Of a stretch of DNA of 64,000 bases, positions 1-13,394 are shown piece by piece; position 1 is the first letter of the stretch, and each line of letters starts with the position of its first letter. Where the stretch lies: positions 13,764,001-13,828,000 of the forward strand of contig OZ024743.1 of NCBI GenBank assembly GCA_964016885.1. The letters are read 5' to 3'. The notes under the pieces are model-generated. The model was not told the origin of the DNA. It ran no database searches and saw only the letters and a program-made list of their open reading frames with translations. A program made the translations under genes and the position numbers. The DNA is from Eledone cirrhosa. Lineage: Eukaryota.

Positions 1-112
1 ATATATATATATGTTTGATGTGTATAGTTAGATGTAAGTGTATTCATGTATTAAAGTGCTTATATATATATATATATGTATGTATGTGTATATGTATATA
101 TGTGTATGTATG

Positions 113-151
<39 letters not shown>

Positions 152-420
152 GTGTATATATATATATATATATGTGTATGTATATATGTGTATATGGATG
201 TGTATGTATGTGTATGTGTGTACACATGGACTAGAGTATGTATGTATATATGTGTGTGTCTATACGTGTGTATATAAAGATAAGTTGAGTATGAAAATGT
301 ATACACATGAGCGCGTATGTATGTACATGAATACATGTCTGTATATATATGTGTATGCATGTGTATATATATGTAAGTATGAATATGTGAATTGTGAGTA
401 TATGTATTTTGTAGAGGTGT
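1..420. repeat. Degenerate (TA)n/(TG)n microsatellite region
   Basis: Alternating TA/TG dinucleotides; overlapping ORFs are YI/VC repeats. Confidence 0.95.
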
Positions 421-738
421 GCAAATATATTTGTGTGAATGCGTGGGTGAAAGGATACGTACACTTGAAAGAAAAATTTAAGTCTGAATGTTAATTAAGT
501 GCAAACACAAAACCAACCACGCATATCTTTACTATCTCTAATCCTTCTATAGATTTAGAAAAATAACCAATAATATATTCTATAAAAAAATGTCAAAACA
601 ACGGATGGGAATCTAATTACTCACTGCCACCAAGAATTCTCACTGCTATCGAAAAACCACTCCTTCAACTATTCTTCTAACAACTTCACCCCTCCCTCCT
701 AATATTCTCTATAAAAACTAAATAGGTCCTCAGTAATA

Positions 739-855
739 TTATTCTGATGAAATGACAGTAAATAATAACATTGAAATATTGAATGTCTGCATAACTAAAA
801 GTTTGTAGATAGCTGTTTTAGGTTATGTAACTGTTATAGAAACACGTGTCAATAA
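739..855 (+). ncRNA. Type I hammerhead ribozyme with 88-nt stem II region
   Basis: Stem I ttatt(739-743)/aataa(851-855); CTGATGA 744-750; stem II base atgacagt/actgttat; GAAA 839-842; palindromic stem III CACGTG; GUC triplet 848-850. Confidence 0.8.
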
Positions 856-1002
856 ATTCCTTTCAACTAAACTGTATCCATTCAAATCTTTCTATTTTTC
901 TCCGGATTACCTTTGGAACTACAACTGGAACCGTCGAGCAAACTCTACGTGAGCTGATAATCTACTGTGTGTAATATTTATATTACAACACAACGGAAAA
1001 TA

Positions 1003-1117
<115 letters not shown>

Positions 1118-1233
1118 TATGATGGGGTCATTCTACTGACATGGCTTTAATGAGTCCGTTTGCATAATTGCAAACGAATCGAATATTATTGATAATATTC
1201 GAAAAGCTCACATCACACACACACACACACAAT

Positions 1234-1315
<82 letters not shown>

Positions 1316-1316
<1 letters not shown>

Positions 1317-1949
1317 CAACATACGTTAACCTTGGTCTGCCTCTTCCAGTGTGTCCATGTAGAGGCTCCCACATGAGCACTGAGTGCAATGTCACCTCTG
1401 GATGTCGGTGAGCATGTCCAGCTAACCTCAATCTCCTCTGTGTCACTTTTGAGCTGACCTTTGGGAGGCTCCCATACAACTCTGAGGTTTTCATCCTCAG
1501 TGTATACTGATTAATGTTCAGAGCCATCCTCAGCGTTCTCGTGTAGCACCCATCCACCATCTGAGTGAGTTTCTTGGTCAGTGTCCAAGTCTCAGACCCC
1601 TACAGCAGCACAGACTGCACTACAGCAATGAAGAGGCGGATTTTCAGGTCTTTACGAAGGTCCGACTTCCACACCGATCTCAAGCTGTGGAACGCCGCTC
1701 AGGCTTTGCTCTTCCTCTCAACCACATCATCTTCCGTATTCCCAATCTTTGCTCCCAAATACAGGAAGTCTTCAACCAATTCTAGCAGCTTCCCGCCTAC
1801 ATTAGTTATCCCCTCTGGCTTCTCAAACATTCTCTACCAGATATTTTGTTTTAGTCTCATTCATTCTCAGCCCCACGCTCATCGACACAGACTAAACCTC
1901 CTGGATTAAATCCTCTACCTCCTTCACTGTATTTGTCACCAAAGCTATT
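1316..1949 (-). mobile_element. RTE/RTEX-like LINE fragment (RT C-terminal region), inverted segment
   Basis: ORF 1213..1560 reads DGCYTRTLRMALNI...LYGSLPKVS...RRLRLAGHAHRH...WEPLHG..GRGRPRLTYV, typical of RTE-group ORF2 C-termini; upstream EDFLYLG-like motif on the same strand. Confidence 0.8.
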
Positions 1950-2096
1950 GGAAGAGGAAGACCAATGTTAACGTATGTTGATGCCCTAAGGACAAACACT
2001 GGTCTGTTGGAGACGCAGGACACGGCAGCGATAATGAGAGACAGAGACCGCTGGAGAGAACTCGTCCATTGATCTCGGGAATTTTACCCACCCTAG
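1950..2096 (+). mobile_element. 3' end of the same RTE/RTEX-like LINE, sense orientation
   Basis: Begins GRGRPMLTYV, continues MRDRDRWRELVH*, and ends ccctag+(TA)n; the same terminus is on the minus strand at 26752-26950. Confidence 0.75.
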
Positions 2097-3064
2097 ATAT
2101 ATATATATATGTATATATATATGTTTGTGTGTGTGTGCATGTGTGTTTGTGTGTGTGTCTTAGTATGTGTATATGTTAGTGTGTGTTTATTGTTTGTATG
2201 TGTGTAAGTGTGTAAAAGAATGTATGACTATTAAAATACTAAATTGTATGTGTATATATAAGTATTACTATGAAAATATAAATCATGTATGCGTTGGTAT
2301 ATACATTTGGATTTATATTAATATTTATTTTGTGTACGGATACAATATCTACTATTGATGCATGTATATGTATCGATGTGTATAAGAATACATATACATA
2401 CAATCATACATACATACATACATAATATGAAAGAGTACTGGTGGAATGCTCAGTAAAAACCCCAATAAATGCATGCATAACAGACCAGATATAATGATAT
2501 GGGACAGTGAAAAGAAGGCATGCGCAGTAGAAGAAGTCAGCTGCCCAGGAGATCAAAGATTAGAGAAAAGGAGAATATTTATGCAGAACTAATGAGAACT
2601 CTGCAGATACTCCACCCGATTACACCTTCAGATGTATGCCTGTGATTATTGTGACACAGGGATATGTCAGTAACTGCCACAATACAAACCTTGAAAAGCC
2701 GGGCTTCACAGAAACAGAACGAACACAACTAGTTAGGAAATTACAAGTACAATCCATTAATGGAAGAGTAAGAGTTAGTAAAACATTCCAAAACTTCTGC
2801 ATCTAATAACTGCATATACACATATACAGATAAAAAAACATATGCACATGCACACATACAACTCCAAACATCATCATCCACACATACAATAACATCCATA
2901 CCTGCACACACATGCATGCAGACATGCATACATATCTACTTAGTTGATGTTGTGTAAATTCCAACGAGAGAAACGTGTATCTATGTTAGAAACCGACTCT
3001 CTCTTTATTGGCAACAAATTGTGAAATTACAAAACCAGAAGAACAAACATACATACATATATAT

Positions 3065-3111
<47 letters not shown>

Positions 3112-3339
3112 GTGGTGGACTGGGTTGGAAAATACTGGTTGCCTGGAGATGAAGGTGGCCCACCTACATATAGAATGCTATCATTTAATTTTTATAATGA
3201 ATAAATAATATTTTCAAAAAGTGTAAACAAAACAGTGCAATCAAATTTTGCGGAAAAATATCCTACCTTCTCCAATAAAAAATATGTATATTGCGAAATC
3301 CAGAGACGTTCAATAATGACCAGAGGTCGACCCTAAATA

Positions 3340-3860
3340 TTACTAGTAGCCCTAGGAAAGCGATGAACGACACCACATCTTTTAAAGTTTGCTTTTGTGA
3401 CCGTGGTTCCTGAGACCAGATTTGCTTCAGCAGATATTTCCACACTCAGGGCACTTCAATTCAATAGAGACACCGATCGTTTCGAGAGATACACCAGGGC
3501 ATTGCTTACGCACATCCCGTTTGATCGTCTCGTGCCATATGCGTCTGTCCTTAAAAATATGGACCCCATCATTCACTATTCCACGCTAAGTTTCTCTTTC
3601 AAGATCTTCCCTGTCAGCCTTCATTAAAGTACTTTTTTTCAATCAGTCCTTTACACATTCCCTGAATCGGGGCCTTGGCTTGTGAGGTTGTCTTTTACCC
3701 TCACAAAGCTCGCCATACAATAGTTGTTTTGGGATTCGATAATACTCCATTCTGCAGAGGTAACTTGCATGGCTCCCAATCGATGTTGCACACGTGCCTT
3801 GATCTGCCTGAAGGTCCGGTCACTCCTGTCAGAACGTATCTCACACAACAATGATGTCCC
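3340..3860 (-). mobile_element. RTE-clade (BovB-like) LINE 3' fragment, frameshifted
   Basis: Manual minus-strand translation gives RMEYYRIPKQLLYGELCEGKRQPHKPRPRFRECVK, then DRRIWH and the terminal zinc-finger remnant CPECGNIC*SKSGLRNH. Confidence 0.8.
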
Positions 3861-4042
3861 CAGGTAGACCATAGCGCAACAGAGTACTCAATATTTAGGG
3901 TAGTAGTGTGGGTAATAGGAAAAGAGTCAGGGCCTCGACGGCTGAGCTCCGGCCGTTTCGACAGCTAGATACGAACTAAACCAGTAGTTTTAACATATAT
4001 ACATATAGAGGAAATGACAGCCCCGAGGTGTCCTGACTCTTT

Positions 4043-4098
<56 letters not shown>

Positions 4099-4182
4099 GT
4101 TATTCCGGGTTGAATCGGAGGTAACCACAGTAAGTAAGGTACTCAATACATAGCAGAGTATAACAGTTTTAATCTATATTAA

Positions 4183-4241
<59 letters not shown>

Positions 4242-4955
4242 GATGAAAAGGTAACATACCAGAGAGAGATATACAGTGCGTTATCAATAACACAGGAAAA
4301 AAACACCAGTGTATGGAATCTATAACCTATGAAAGGCAGACTATAGACACGATAATTAAAAATATAAATTAAAGCGTAAATAAATACCTCTATAACTATA
4401 TAACACACGTCAAATCAAAAGGTACTAATCCAAAGATATGTTTCACAAGTAATTTGTTGAAAGAAATGGGATAGCCTCGGTTCATCACCGTGTGTAAGGC
4501 TATACATTTCAGACAACACTAAGAGAATTTTAAAATTGACTGTCCAGCTACACGTGGGAGAGAGAAGTCACAGCGTGTTTAAGGGCAGTGAACCAGGGAC
4601 CTCTGAGGGACGAACTGCTAGAAAGGGCAGCCCAAAGCCACTCAGAGAAGTGTGCTCAACCAAATAGAGATAGCAAAGACTGTTATTAGGAGCGAAATAT
4701 CACCATAAATTAACCGAGGCATAGGCCCTCGCTATTCCCTGTAAATAATGTTCTCAAATGAGAAAAAATCCTGAGCTCTTTAAAATACAATATGTTGAAA
4801 AGGTAACACACCAGAGAGAGATATACAGTGCGTTATCAACAAAACAGGGAAGAAACCACCAGTGTATGGAATCTATAACCTATGAAAGGCAGACTATAGA
4901 CACGATAATTAAAAATATAAATTAAAGCGTAAATAAATACCTCTATAACTATATA

Positions 4956-5049
4956 ACACACGTACAAATCCAAAGATACTAATCCAAAGATATGTTTCAC
5001 CAGTAATTTGTTGACAGAAATGGGTTAGCCTCGGTTCATCAGCGTGTAT
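4956..5049 (-). ncRNA. Type I hammerhead ribozyme (unit 2 of tandem array, intact core)
   Basis: Minus strand: atacacg-CTGATGA-accg...tggt-GAAA-catatc...gatttG-TA-cgtgtgt; 7-bp stem I, GUA triplet. Confidence 0.7.
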
Positions 5050-5508
5050 AAGGCTATACATTTCAGACAAAACTAAGAGAATTTGAAAATTGACTGTCCA
5101 GCTACACGTGGGAGAGAGAAGTCACAGCGTGTTTAAGGGCAGTGAACCAGTGGACTCTGAGGGACGAAGTGCTAGAAAGGGCAGCCCAAAGCCACTCAGA
5201 GAAGTGTGCTCAACCAAACAGAGATAGCAAAGACTGTTATTAGGAGCGAAATATCACGATAGATTAACCGAGGCATAGGCCCTCGCTATTCCCTGTAAAT
5301 AATGTACTCAAAGGAGAAGAAATCCTGAGCTCGTTAAAATACAATATGTTGAAAAGGTAACACACCAGAGAGAGATATACAGTGCGTTATCAATAAAACA
5401 GGGAGAAAACACCAGTGTATGGAATCTATAACCTATGAAAGGCAGACTATAGACACGATAATTAAAAATATAAATTAAAGCGTAAATAAATATCTCTATA
5501 ACTATATA

Positions 5509-5588
5509 ACACACGTAAAAATCCAAAGATATGTTTCACCATTAATTTGTTGAAAGAAATGGGTTAGCCTCTGTTCATCAGCGTGTGT
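5509..5588 (-). ncRNA. Type I hammerhead ribozyme (unit 3; UUA triplet, weakened stems II/III)
   Basis: acacacg-CTGATGA-ac...ggt-GAAA-catatc tttg gatttt-TA-cgtgtgt. Confidence 0.5.
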
Positions 5589-5822
5589 AAGGCTATACAT
5601 TTCAGACAACACTAAGAGAATTTTAAAATTGACTGTCCAGCTACACGTGGGAGAGAGAAGTCACAGCTTGTTTAAGGGCAGTGTATGGAATCTATAACCT
5701 ATGAAAGGCAGTAAAACATATCTTTGGATTATTATCTTTGGATTTGTACGTGTGTTATATAGTTATAGAGGTATTTATTTAGGCTTTAATTTATATTTTT
5801 AATTATCGTGTCTATTGTCTAT

Positions 5823-6218
5823 GTATACATATATGTATGTACGTATACATACTTATATTTAAGTAATAGCCGTACTAAGAATGAGAAATGAAATTTCGTT
5901 TAATTTTTTCCGTTTATCGTTTTCGGTAACCCGGCCAATTAACTCACTCGATATGCAAATTACGCTGCTCAGCCGTTAATATGCATAAGGAAAGTAAATA
6001 CTTTCAGACGTTCAACCATCTGGCAGGCAGGTATACGTTGCACACGATAGCTAATAAGCTTGAAACTAGTACAGCGTTCTTTTGTCCGTGTTGAACAAAT
6101 GAGCAACGATGGTTGCTAGACACCGTACGGCTTAATTCGGGATGTTTGTTTACAGACACACCGAGCATTATAAAGAATGTTCAGTGAATCCATACGTGCA
6201 TATATGTGTGTGTGCAGG

Positions 6219-6254
<36 letters not shown>

Positions 6255-6293
6255 TACTACTGTACGTCTGTATACATATATGTATGTACGTAT

Positions 6294-6300
<7 letters not shown>
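5823..6300 (+). mobile_element. Non-coding interspersed repeat (~430-bp unit) with mutated hammerhead at 6036-6076
   Basis: Clearly homologous to 32060-32590; core reads CACACGA in place of CTGACGA, while agct/agct stem II, GAAA-CTAG-TA and stem I cgttg/cagcg are retained. Confidence 0.75.
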
Positions 6301-6327
<27 letters not shown>

Positions 6328-8615
6328 TGTGTACGTACCTCTATGTATGTATTCAGAGAGAGAGAGATATATATAGACAGAGGGGGAGAGAAATAGAGAG
6401 GGAGAGAAATAGATAGGTAGATAGAGGTAGATAGATAGATAGATAGAGAGAGATAGAGGGAGAGAGAGTGTTTCGTTGATTTTACAAAAATATATAAAGA
6501 ATAGTAAATTAATCATTCGATACGTTATAGCTTGACTTTGATTAATATAAAAACACATTTTTAAATATGGTGCCTACATTTCTTACTCTAACAACTATGA
6601 GGCTACTAAAACTCACTCTCATAATTTAGTGCATATTGTAAAACATTCCCCCACTTTACACACATACGCTCTAGATGATTTGTTTACAATCACTAGCATC
6701 AGGTTTACTGTAAATAACATATGGAACAATGTCATGGAATACATTTAAATGAATTACCAGAGTGGCAATACTCAGCAATTGAGCAGATTTATATGAAAAT
6801 ATATATATGTATGGTAAATTTAGTTTAAACGATGTTGAATGTATGAACCTAGTGACATGTATACAATTTTACAGAAATTACATATTCCATCTAATCTTGA
6901 TAAGTAGGTATAAGTGAAAGGCTTAATGATTTTAGAGATATTAATTTGCATATTTAGCATTAATTCATAGCTTGTATGAAATATATGAACATTCTGGAAT
7001 GAAAATATTTTCAATGCTTAATATTGAGACTCAAACTAACCTAGAGACATATCTGTGAAAACTGGTTACGCATATTATAGAACTATTACCAGTGTTTATT
7101 CAATGGGGAAAGATACCCGAAAAGCCAAGGGAGATTGAAAAGTGTGTTAAAGTATCGACTCATGTTGCTGCTCAATTATAGTTCATTATGTCATATAGTT
7201 CGTCAGTTAACGTTGCTATAATACGTTCTGAAAAACTGATGTGTGCCGTTGCAGTGAATGCCAGTACTTTTCGTTCAGTATTGTCTCCATCAATAAATTT
7301 GTACAGAATCATCATATATTCAGATGGAAGTACTAAGACGTCAATACATTTAAGTACTAGTTCTGCTTAAATTAAATTTTTTCAGGCAATATTTTTAAAA
7401 GCATCACATCATTACTAATAATTGAAAGACAATGAAAATACATATGAATATATAGCTTATGTAGTTTATTAAGTAAGGAGCAACTGATAACATATTCACT
7501 CAATTAAGTGACCATTGAAATGGAATTGTAGCCAATTAATCTTGTTCTTTAGCCTTGAAGTAATATCACACAATTTAAGGAAACAATTGGTTTCGACAAA
7601 CTTTTGGATTAAATATATTGTATTTATGTCTAAACGGCAAAATGGAAAGGTATATACGTTACCAAATATTTTCGATAAGTGAAAGATAAGCAATGGCGGA
7701 TATTACCAGGTTTAGCAATATTTCATTTTGATTTCTGATTAAAATAAGAAGGCTGTTGCAATCGACGAATATCACACAATATGATTTGTTTGTGTCTATC
7801 GATTTCAAACGCTTCGTGTGTGTAACATACGGTTGATTACGAGGTAAACGTGAGTAACCCAAATCCCATTTCCAAAAGGTTCCCTCTAAAATCATCATGT
7901 ATCTAATTTTGTGGTTCCTGGAGATAACGATACAGTATACTCTCTGTTTATGTGAACTTGAAATACGTGAATTCGATTTAAGTCCTCTTGAAACAATATG
8001 ATAGAATATTCACTTCATGCGAACAACGCGCTATAAGGCATGTGGTTTTTAATTTCTTTATTTATGGGGAAATTAGACATGGATTACGTAGATTTGCTTT
8101 ACGCATCTTCGCGTAAAAAGAAAACAGACTGTATATAGTTTCCACCAAATACAACACATCCTTAGAAGTATCAATGAATATATATAATCGTTCAACCTGC
8201 TTTAAAGAGTTCAAAAGTTTCCTGAAATAGTCCCCACTGTCTATATAAAAGGCGAAGCATTTTGGAAGTATATACATACATACAAATGCAAGTAAAGACG
8301 GATATCTACGGATTATTGATGAAGTGTTTGCAGATACGGTATCCAATGTACACGTTCAGCCTAATAGCCGCTATTTTTGGAGCTTCAGTTTAACTACCAT
8401 ACCTCTGGGACAAAGCCTAGCTAAACTTGCATTTGTTAAGAAAGTACTGAGTTCCGTAATTCAAAATCTGAGATACTTACGCTACATAGGATGCAGGCTT
8501 GCACAAGATTCGGCGACAATTTAGTTTCCTTTTCCACCTTGTTTCCTTGAATAATAAACCTAAAATTTAGAGAAAGAGAGAACATGCAGACATACGAACA
8601 AATATATATTTTTGT

Positions 8616-8646
<31 letters not shown>

Positions 8647-8674
8647 CACACATGCATGCTTACACACACACAAT

Positions 8675-8799
<125 letters not shown>

Positions 8800-9722
8800 T
8801 TCAGAACAGGAAAATAAAACCAAGTATCAAGCAATCCACATATCACACACTGACTTTTGTCTCGCCCTAAAATTAGTGGATAATTTTTTTTTTCAGCTGT
8901 AATTAATTTCACTATATTTTTCATTTTCCAATGAAATGTGATAATCATATCAGATCTTTCGTGCTGTCGTGTTGAAATGATGTCTATTTTAATTTCAAAT
9001 TTAATATTAATTACGGCAACCTATCATTATATCTTCAGTGAAATATAGGTTCCAATTGTCTGATCCTATGATCATCATTTAGATAAAATGTTAAATGTTT
9101 ATTTTATTTAGTATTTACATGCTTTCTTCATAATTTCTTTTTTTTTCAAATTAAAATCTGCAAGAATTAGAAATAAACGGACAAAACTAAATTAAAATGA
9201 CGTGCATGATCTTTTGAAACAATGAAATCATAATACACCTAGACATAATATATATCATAGCTATCATAATTAACAACTACATGAATTTCTTATTGAAAAT
9301 GTTATATTGGAATATTTATAACAAAAATTGTAAAATTGTATAAAATGCTTATATATAAAATTGCAGTAACTATAATATAATAACACTTTTAAATGCCCCA
9401 AAGATGTGACGTCCAGATTTATCTTCCGTATAAGCCGATGGCAATTTAATGTTCATTACAAATTGATATCTTTATTTTGATATTGAATAATTTATATTTT
9501 GCATTAAAAGTTTATTTTTATTTTTAGTCTCAAAGCATTACATTATTTCCGTTTAAGTAGCTATCCTTCAATATACATGTGGGAGCTGAATGTAGTTTAA
9601 TTTTGTTATACATGATTTATTCCATTTTACACTCTCCAACCACATTCGAAATTATAATGTTTCCTATACTTCGAAATTATAATGTTTCCTATACTAACGC
9701 AGCTAGATTATTATTAAAATGA

Positions 9723-9904
9723 AGGTGGATTGGCAGTATCGGTAAAAGGTTGGACGCCATGCTTTCCAGCATAGTTACGTCCCTTTACGATCTGAGTTCA
9801 AATCCCGCCGAGGTTGACTTTGCCTTTCATCCTTACGGGGTCAATAAAATAGAGTACCAGTAATGCACTGAGTAATTGCTGGAATTGGGCCTAAAGTAGA
9901 AACA
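9723..9904 (+). mobile_element. tRNA-derived SINE (Meta-domain-like core), full length with TSD
   Basis: B-box-like gagttcaaatccc; core ggttgactttgcctttcatcc...aaaatagagtaccag; 16-bp TSD attattattaaaatga (9707-9722, 9905-9920). Confidence 0.85.
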
Positions 9905-10636
9905 ATTATTATTAAAATGACATCTCGTATTCGAGTCGATCAGAACGTTCGAAATAATCATAACTATTCCTCATTCTCTATAACAATGATTTGTTTAAAG
10001 TAAGTTATTCTATTTTAAATAATCTGCCTTTCTCAAATGAAGCTCAATCTTTCCGATGGCTTTAATTATATACTGCTATACATTTGCATACGTTGTAGCT
10101 TAGTCTCCCTTGGAATGTAACCGTATAAGAAGCCTTACAGTGCATTGTGCTAAAGTGAACACATGGTAAAGATATTGGTTTAATAATAAGCTCGCTTAAA
10201 CACGGTTTAAAAACCCACACCAGATATACACAACATTTACAACAACATATAAATATTTTGGTCGAGTTATGTTTCAGATATGAAAATTATAAAGATTGAT
10301 TAATTGAAAAATATTAAAATTTGCGAAACCTTGTGTTCAAATTTAAGATTCTATAAGATACGCACCATTGAAAAACGTATTGTGGCATTTCAGAACTTGT
10401 TCAATATTCCTTCACTTATCTATTATTTAGATGATATTTCCTCTAGATGTATATCACTATAAAACGCTTTGTTTAACTGTTACTAATTTATTGGTGTAGA
10501 GGTGATAACTGGAATCAGCTCAGTTGGTTTTAAACACATAAATCATTTAAAATACAGTAAAGAAATGAATCATTAACATCGTACAGACAACTGACGCTGC
10601 AGATCCGAACACAGAAGAGCTGAACTCCCACTGTCA

Positions 10637-11280
10637 TCATCCCCATCTCTCTCGCTCAGCATCTCTCAGTATTTTGAGCAAATGGGGTCGCACATGCTGG
10701 CCTCCCACGCCCCCGGTGGACAGAATGGAGAAGGCCTTTTCCCGGAGGATGGTAAGGGGGATGCGCTGGAAGAGCCATTCCATCTCGCGAGGCTCACACC
10801 TGCGGCTAGCCAGCTCGGCGCCTATAGCGGTTAGTAGGGAGGTAGCCCTAGGGCCAAGGACATCAGAAGGCCCCACTGCTAGGGGCACGACTGCAAACCT
10901 GTCGGAGAACGACGCATACTTGGAGAGTTTGCCCTCCTCATCCCGAAGTGCAGCGAAACATGGGTTAGTCGCAGACAGCTCCAAGTTGTGGCTGGAGAAT
11001 GTATCGCTGCAAGTGGCATCCTTGACGAGGGGTTTACACAGGGAAACGGGAAGCTGGTCATACCGCCTGGCCTTTTGCCTTCCCCTCCGTCCAGCCCTAC
11101 CGGTTCCAGCTGGGAGGGGAAGCATGCAGCATCCAAGTCATGCTTTATGACCTCGTTGATGGTGGCATGTCGTGGAAGGCGGCCGGCACTATAGCGACAG
11201 GAAAGCAAGGGGAATTCGAAAGAACCCACGGTGGATCCGCAGCGATATATGTGTGGCAGGGACAGGAAAGCGGATGGAGG
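10637..11280 (-). mobile_element. CRE-like non-LTR retrotransposon 3' fragment (zinc knuckle remnant + restriction-like endonuclease), frameshifted
   Basis: LSCRYSAGRLPRHATINEVIK..LEPVGL...GKRPGGMT then LVKDATCSDT...EEGKLSKY...PLAV...WLFQRIPLTILREKAFSIL; GC-rich island in AT-rich DNA. Confidence 0.8.
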
Positions 11281-11333
11281 CTGATAGAGAAAAACTATAC
11301 TACGTTTTTAAAACTTGGAGCGTTATGGGTAGT

Positions 11334-11366
<33 letters not shown>

Positions 11367-11682
11367 ATACTTCTAGGATAAAGTTTTAGGATGAAGGATA
11401 ATGAAGATGATGTAAAGTTTATATCTTTTGAGCGAAAAACTAAACGAGAATGCAAACTATTTACTCCCTGTCATTTAGTTAGACACTAAATTCTTCGAAG
11501 TTGGTAAAGAAAGGAAAGAGATCGAAACAATATTTGACTGTCTAGAGTTACAACGTCAAGTACTTTTCAGAATTTCTATTAAACCTACATATATTAAAAT
11601 TATACAGCAAATGATGCCGTGATTCCCTTCCTTACATATTTAGGAATTTCTAGCTTATCCCGACCCCTAAAAATCATTATAA

Positions 11683-11872
11683 TTGTTTCTAATTTTGGCA
11701 CAAGGCCAGCAATTATTCCAGTGTATTACTGGTACTTTATTTTATCGACCCCGTAAGGATGAAAGGCAAAGTTAACCTCGGCTGGATTTGAACTCAGACC
11801 ATAAAGGGCCGTAACTCTTTGTTGCAAAGCATGGCGTCTGACCCTCTACCGATACTGCCAATCCACCACCCT
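11683..11872 (-). mobile_element. SINE, same family as 9723-9904
   Basis: Reverse complement of the SINE; flanked by direct repeat atcattataatt. Confidence 0.85.
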
Positions 11873-12293
11873 ATCATTATAATTATACCTTATTTAGATA
11901 TTACACTACTAACATCATGCACATTGGAAGTTCCAATTCACTGAAACAGGTTTACAGGTTCAGTAATGAAACAAAATATTTGACTCGATACTCGAGGCAT
12001 AACGTCCCGTCATTTACACCCTGCAAAAAAATCTGTAAACGAAAACATATTTATGTTTGCCACTATATTTATTCACACATTTCCGAAATTTCAGTTATAT
12101 AATTTAACACTTCTTTATATATTTTAGTTGTCATATATTCGTCTTTTAACCATCAGATAAATTCTTTGTTTACAATAATACAGAATAATACATACATACC
12201 CTCACCTATACCCATACCCATCTATATATATATATGGGTTTGGGTGTTTGCGTTTGTTTGCGCGTGTGAGATGAGAGTATATATATATACACA

Positions 12294-12424
<131 letters not shown>

Positions 12425-12904
12425 GTTTCTACTTTAGGCACAAGGCCAGTGGAAAAATTTGAACAGGAGCAAAATATATATATGTGTGTGTGTGTGTGTC
12501 TATATATATATACATATATAAGATCTCGATCAATTTGTAGCTGTCGCTTTATCTAGGCTTTGAATTATTTGAGAATTTGCTGCTAACTATTGTCTTATCT
12601 GATGTTAATTTCTTGTTATCACCGTAATGTTAGTTACTTAATGTTTAATGAATATTCACTCCTTCCATTTATTTTACTACACTAGAGAATTGAATTTTAT
12701 ATACGATTGGGAGATTAAAGCAATTTTTTACTTCATTGTAAAAATAATGTTTCAAGAATTATTTGTTTGTGTTTCGTCACGAAATGCTTACTATAGCAAG
12801 ATTTCCTTTCGTATAAAACATTAGTATCTATTTCTTCCACCGTCCATTTAGCCTAATTAATATTATCCGTTACTTACATCTTGCAAATAAATACACAAAA
12901 ATCT

Positions 12905-13250
<346 letters not shown>

Positions 13251-13360
13251 ATATATAACTTTCATCTGTTATTTTAATAAATATTTGCTCTACGGTTCAA
13301 TATATTTGATATATATTTATCCTTATCGAGCCCTATTTGGATTTTAGTCTTCACATTTAT

Positions 13361-13392
<32 letters not shown>

Positions 13393-13394
<2 letters not shown>

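Larger units (their letters stand above)
4236..5683 (-). repeat. Tandem repeat, ~553-bp unit x 2.6, one hammerhead per unit (PLE pLTR / retrozyme-like)
   Basis: gaaaaggtaac anchors at 4245, 4797 and 5351; units are near identical; followed by an inverted copy of part of the unit at ~5713-5820. Confidence 0.9.

Noticed and set aside
3945-3970. gtcGAAAcggccg (minus) and gtcGAAAcagccg at 30905 as hammerhead 3' halves
   Set aside because: No UH after the palindrome and no upstream CUGANGA found.
4236-5683. CRISPR-like or prokaryotic repeat system
   Set aside because: Units are ~553 bp and identical along their length with no unique spacers; the context is eukaryotic.
9723-9810. tRNA gene
   Set aside because: The B-box-like motif belongs to a multi-copy SINE with TSDs; no complete cloverleaf.
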